Below are positions 29,814-33,496 of a DNA stretch of 33,496 nt, piece by piece. The DNA is from Barthelona sp. PAP020. Lineage: Eukaryota. The position numbers were made by a program, and so were the translations under genes. Where the stretch lies: contig JARQWU010000096.1 in the NCBI GenBank assembly GCA_040182905.1, forward strand, positions 1 through 33,496. The letters are read 5' to 3'. The notes beneath the pieces were generated by a model that was given only the letters and a program-made list of their open reading frames with translations, searched no databases and was not told the DNA's origin. Position 1 is the first letter of the stretch; each line of letters begins with the position of its first letter.

Positions 29814-30764
29814 ATGGCGAGAAGAAGAAGAAGAAATTTAACAAAATTATTTAATCGAAGAGAAGAAAATCGTCAATTTACCAAACCCATTGTAGTTATT
29901 CCAAGTGATTCTCCTTTAACATTCAACGGAGTAAGAAAAGGATTTAAGCATGAGAATAAAAGTCATAATTTATATTATCTTCTCATGCATGTAGAATGGA
30001 ATAATTATTTTTTAATTGTATTGTCAGCTTTTTTTGGATTGCATGCATTATTTGCATTTTTATTGTGGATTGTACCTGATTCTATTCATCATGATGGTGA
30101 TGCATTTTCATTGGTTAAACATGGATCTTTTACTGAGGCTTTTTTGTTTAGCATTCATACAATAACATCAATCGGTTATGGTGCTTTATATCCGCATTCT
30201 TTATATGCAAATGCTATTCTATCAATGGAAGAGTTTTTCAATTGGTTCTTTGTTTCCAGTTTAATTGGTGTAACTTATTCTAAATTCTCAAGACCAAAGC
30301 CAACAATAAGATTAAGTAAAGACATGTGTATGACCGATACAAAGGAAGATAAGTTTTACAAGCTTCATGCCAAAATGGTTAACTTAAGAAAAGATCCGTT
30401 GACAGATGCAGAAGTGACTATTTCTTTTGAATGGAATGAGATGAATCAACGTTGGAGTGTGAATTTACCTTGTAGAGAACCAGAAAAGTTAATAGTCAGC
30501 GTAACTTGGGATTTAGAACACATTATAGACCATAATTCACCTCTTTATGGAGTTTCATACGATGAATTAGTAGAAAAAGATGCTGAAGTTGTTGTGACTG
30601 TGACGGCAACAGAGTCGGTTGGAAGAGACATGGTTTGGTCTCAATTTCGATATTCAATGAAAAATCTGAAATTTGATTATCACTTTGTCAATGACATTGT
30701 TTGGAATCATCATGACATTCCAGTTTTTAACCTTAAGAAATTTGATGAAATTGAAAAAGATTGA
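29814..30764 (+). CDS. Inward-rectifier K+ channel, KirBac-like, 316 aa
   Basis: Slide helix NLYYLLMHVEW, TM1, pore AFLFSIHTITSIGYG, TM2 ending SKFSRP, and cytoplasmic-domain motifs NLRK and HIIDHNSPLYG. Confidence 0.92.
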   Translation: MARRRRRNLTKLFNRREENRQFTKPIVVIPSDSPLTFNGVRKGFKHENKSHNLYYLLMHVEWNNYFLIVLSAFFGLHALFAFLLWIVPDSIHHDGDAFSLVKHGSFTEAFLFSIHTITSIGYGALYPHSLYANAILSMEEFFNWFFVSSLIGVTYSKFSRPKPTIRLSKDMCMTDTKEDKFYKLHAKMVNLRKDPLTDAEVTISFEWNEMNQRWSVNLPCREPEKLIVSVTWDLEHIIDHNSPLYGVSYDELVEKDAEVVVTVTATESVGRDMVWSQFRYSMKNLKFDYHFVNDIVWNHHDIPVFNLKKFDEIEKD

Positions 30765-31550
30765 AAAAAAATAAAATAAAAATTTCTGATTTATTATTCT
30801 TTGGCGAGAAATTCAAAAAAATTTCAAAAAATTTCCAAACCAAAGTCTGTCACAAAGAAAAGGCCGTTGAAAAGTATAAAGTTTTCCAATACATAAACTC
30901 ATTTTGCCCCAATTAAAATTTTGAATTCCTTTTTATATTTTCAGGAAACTTTCAGAAATATGTCTAGATACTGAATTTTAAATTGAAAAGATAACAATAG
31001 AAGAATAAAATACATTTGGATCTCGTTTCCTCACATTCTGAAAAAAAGATGGGTCGTATTACAGGAGGAGAAAAAATGATCCTCTCAAATTGGTAAAAAG
31101 TATTTTGAAATACTGCAAAAATTAAGCAAACATACGAAATTGAATGGTTAAGTGAAGAAAAAGAAGAATATTACCCAATTAAATCGTTGGAAAGTCTCAA
31201 AATATCAATATGTAAAATATAACATCAAATATAAATCTTCAACATGATAATAAAGTAGATTACCAAAAGAACCAATCGACAACACGAATCGAAACAGTAA
31301 TCAAAAGAAAATATGTGTTAAATTTGTCTATAATGACATACTAAGCTGCTAATTACTATGTTGGGACATATCATTCACAGATAAAAGTAAAAAAGAGATA
31401 ATTTTTGGTTGAAGCCAAAAGTGACTATTGCAACCATTTAATAAGCATTAATTGGCTATTCTTTGATCTATAAAGGGAAGCTTGAACCCCAAATTATAAC
31501 TTTATCTTTATAATTTTTTCCATTTCTCATTGTTCTTTGACAGTTTTCAA

Positions 31551-32753
31551 ATGTTTATTAATTCAAACGATGAAACAATGAAGAAAATGATTCTTGATAT
31601 TCTTCCTCCAAGAATTGATGAAAGTAGCATGAGGGAAATCGAAGGTGTCCTCATGAATGACATGAATGATTGTGGATATTCCTTTAATGATAAGTGGTTG
31701 GTGATTGGTACTTATAAAGCGACACATGTAATTGATGTTGAAACCAGGGAGTTAAAATTTACTCTCAAACATCATGTAAACAATGTTTATTGTGTTGCTT
31801 TTTCCCCAGATGGACAAAAATTTGCCACCTGTTCCTATGATGAGATTGTAGTTGTTTATAGTCTCCCTGATTTTCGCGTCTTAGGAAGATTAAGTAATAA
31901 TACAGTAATTAGTGGAATTTGTTTTTCCCATTGTTCTAATTATATATATTCTGGTGATCATTATGGAAACCTTAAGAAATGGGATGTAGACAGTGCTGAT
32001 ATTGTTTTGGAACGAAAAGTTCATGCCAAACTTATTTGGAGAGTAAAACTTTCAACAGATGGTAAATATCTTTTGACTGGTAGCAAACTTCAAATGGCCA
32101 AATTGATTGACCCTGAAGATTTCACCATTATTCGGAAGTTTAATCAAGGCGGAATCGTTAGATCCATTGATTTCAATCTAACCAAAAGAATTATTGCTGT
32201 TGGAGATGAATCAAACAAGGTGAAACTGTGGAACATGGACAATGGGTTGCTGATTCATACATTTCATATGGGTGGGAGGGTATGGTCTCTTCATTTTTTA
32301 ACATCCAGCATTCTACTTATTATGTCGGATGATGGTTATATTACCTCATTCGATTTGGAAAACTTGCGAGAGATTCAAAAGATTCGGTGTCGTTGTAATT
32401 GTGCATATTTTTCCTTTGCAATATCACATGATATGACACAGTTGGCATGTGGAAGATGTGCCAACCAAACGATTAGAGTATATTCATTAATACGTCCTTG
32501 CAATGACTCACAACAATGCAAACTCATTGAATTGTCAAAGAATAGTGGTAATGTGTTATCAAATCTTGTGACTTTGAAGGCAGACACCCATGTTATTCGA
32601 CAACTAATAGCAGCAGGTATTTTTATGAATGAAGAAGAGTGTCGTTTGGTTTTTCATACATGTTGGGATTTGGTGACTGTCAATGAAAATAATGGTGGTA
32701 ACATGCATACATTTGTTCATGAACACACAAATAGCAGTGATGATGATAATTAA
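31551..32753 (+). CDS. WD40-repeat protein, 400 aa from ATG 31551
   Basis: HVNNVYCVAFSPDGQKFATCSYD, SGDHYGNLKKWD and VGDESNKVKLWN; about 7 blades plus a helical C-terminal extension. The ORF-track start at 31530 is TTG. Confidence 0.88.
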   Translation: MFINSNDETMKKMILDILPPRIDESSMREIEGVLMNDMNDCGYSFNDKWLVIGTYKATHVIDVETRELKFTLKHHVNNVYCVAFSPDGQKFATCSYDEIVVVYSLPDFRVLGRLSNNTVISGICFSHCSNYIYSGDHYGNLKKWDVDSADIVLERKVHAKLIWRVKLSTDGKYLLTGSKLQMAKLIDPEDFTIIRKFNQGGIVRSIDFNLTKRIIAVGDESNKVKLWNMDNGLLIHTFHMGGRVWSLHFLTSSILLIMSDDGYITSFDLENLREIQKIRCRCNCAYFSFAISHDMTQLACGRCANQTIRVYSLIRPCNDSQQCKLIELSKNSGNVLSNLVTLKADTHVIRQLIAAGIFMNEEECRLVFHTCWDLVTVNENNGGNMHTFVHEHTNSSDDDN

Positions 32754-32899
32754 AGAATCGAGAAACTTACTACAAAAAATGTTAAAGATAGAGCATTTGC
32801 TTTTATGTGTCCAGATTTTTTTTTGTTTGGCGCAAGCTGACTTTCTGTCAAGAAATTTCTCAAAATGGTAATTAATGGCAAAAACCTTTTTAAAAGAAT

Positions 32900-33252
32900 A
32901 TTTCCAGGCCAAGAAACACTGTGCGCATGAGTGAATAAAAAAGAATAGTGCTCATTTGTTTAATGGCTTTCAAGGCCCGATTGATCTGTTGAAAAACTTT
33001 TGATTTTCTAAGGTAAAGTTTAAACTTTAAAATTTTGCTTTTGCAAAAATACAAAAAAAATAGGAATGGAAAATTTATTTCCAAGCCAAGAAGCACTGTG
33101 CGTATGAGTGAATAAGAAAGAATAGTGTTTATTTGGTTAAAGGCTTTCGAGGCCCAATTGATCTGTTGAAAAACTTTAGATTTTCTGAGGTAAAGTTTAA
33201 ACTTTAAAATTTTGCTTTTGCAAAAATTCAAAAAAATAGGAATGAAGAATTT
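32900..33252. repeat. Two tandem copies of a 177-bp unit (about 91% identical)
   Basis: Units 32900-33076 and 33077-33252 differ by about 15 substitutions (mostly transitions) and 1 indel in a manual alignment. Each holds the perfect palindrome TAAAGTTTAAACTTTA (33014-33029, 33191-33206). Confidence 0.92.
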
Positions 33253-33496
33253 CTCCGAAATTCTCCTGCTTGATCTTTCCAATTACATCTCAGTCCCTCA
33301 ATTCCCCTCCTGGGATTTTGACTGAAATTTGCTAGAATGAGTTTTCTGAGTTTATTTTCTTTGTAAATAAATATAGTTGTTTCACAACTGGACCAATTTT
33401 CCAAAATTTTCATACTTGATGAGCAAGATTCAATTGCAGCCACTCATTTTCTGTGGCTGAGATTTAATGAAATGAGTTTTCTCTGATTACTTTTTC

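Noticed and set aside
178..32753. Alternative genetic code
   Set aside because: TAA, TAG and TGA all end genes, including at the expected C-terminus (PP2A TPDYFL-TGA), conserved Trp residues use TGG, and an 11.9-kb ORF is open in the standard code.
32900..33252. CRISPR array
   Set aside because: No short repeats separated by unique spacers, no cas genes, and the context is eukaryotic.
32890..33282. 130-aa minus-strand ORF with a 59-aa repeat
   Set aside because: TTG start, arises because 177 is divisible by 3, and many differences between units are non-synonymous. No domain recognised.
1237..33443. Remaining short (60-130 aa) ORFs in the track
   Set aside because: Antisense or off-frame overlaps of supported genes, or AT-rich intergenic noise with no recognisable motifs.

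Overview
AT-rich, gene-dense, intron-poor eukaryotic DNA, most likely a protist (species not assignable from sequence alone). It uses the standard genetic code. It carries 14 complete protein-coding genes: SMAP-type ArfGAP, PP2A catalytic subunit, NCoR/Snt1-like SANT protein, Josephin deubiquitinase, a 3962-aa RCC1/EGF/IPT type-I surface protein, an orphan type-I membrane protein, a Ser-rich hypothetical protein, a dually acylated LRR protein, calnexin, a REEP/HVA22 protein, a long coiled-coil protein, an RMND5/Gid2-like RING protein, a KirBac-like K+ channel and a WD40 protein. The ORF track misses two things: exon 1 of eIF2-gamma at the left edge, and the true PP2A exon 1 behind a 46-nt GT-AG intron. 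Both introns start GTATT and appear to sit at ancient conserved positions. A 177-bp tandem duplication with an internal palindrome lies near the right edge. The best candidates for something new are the giant receptor with two extracellular RCC1/BLIP-II propellers, the bacterial-type Kir channel with an altered filter and hinge, and a recurrent TGTAA motif at gene 3' ends. No tRNA, rRNA, CRISPR array or transposase was recognised. All family calls come from motif recognition, not database searches.
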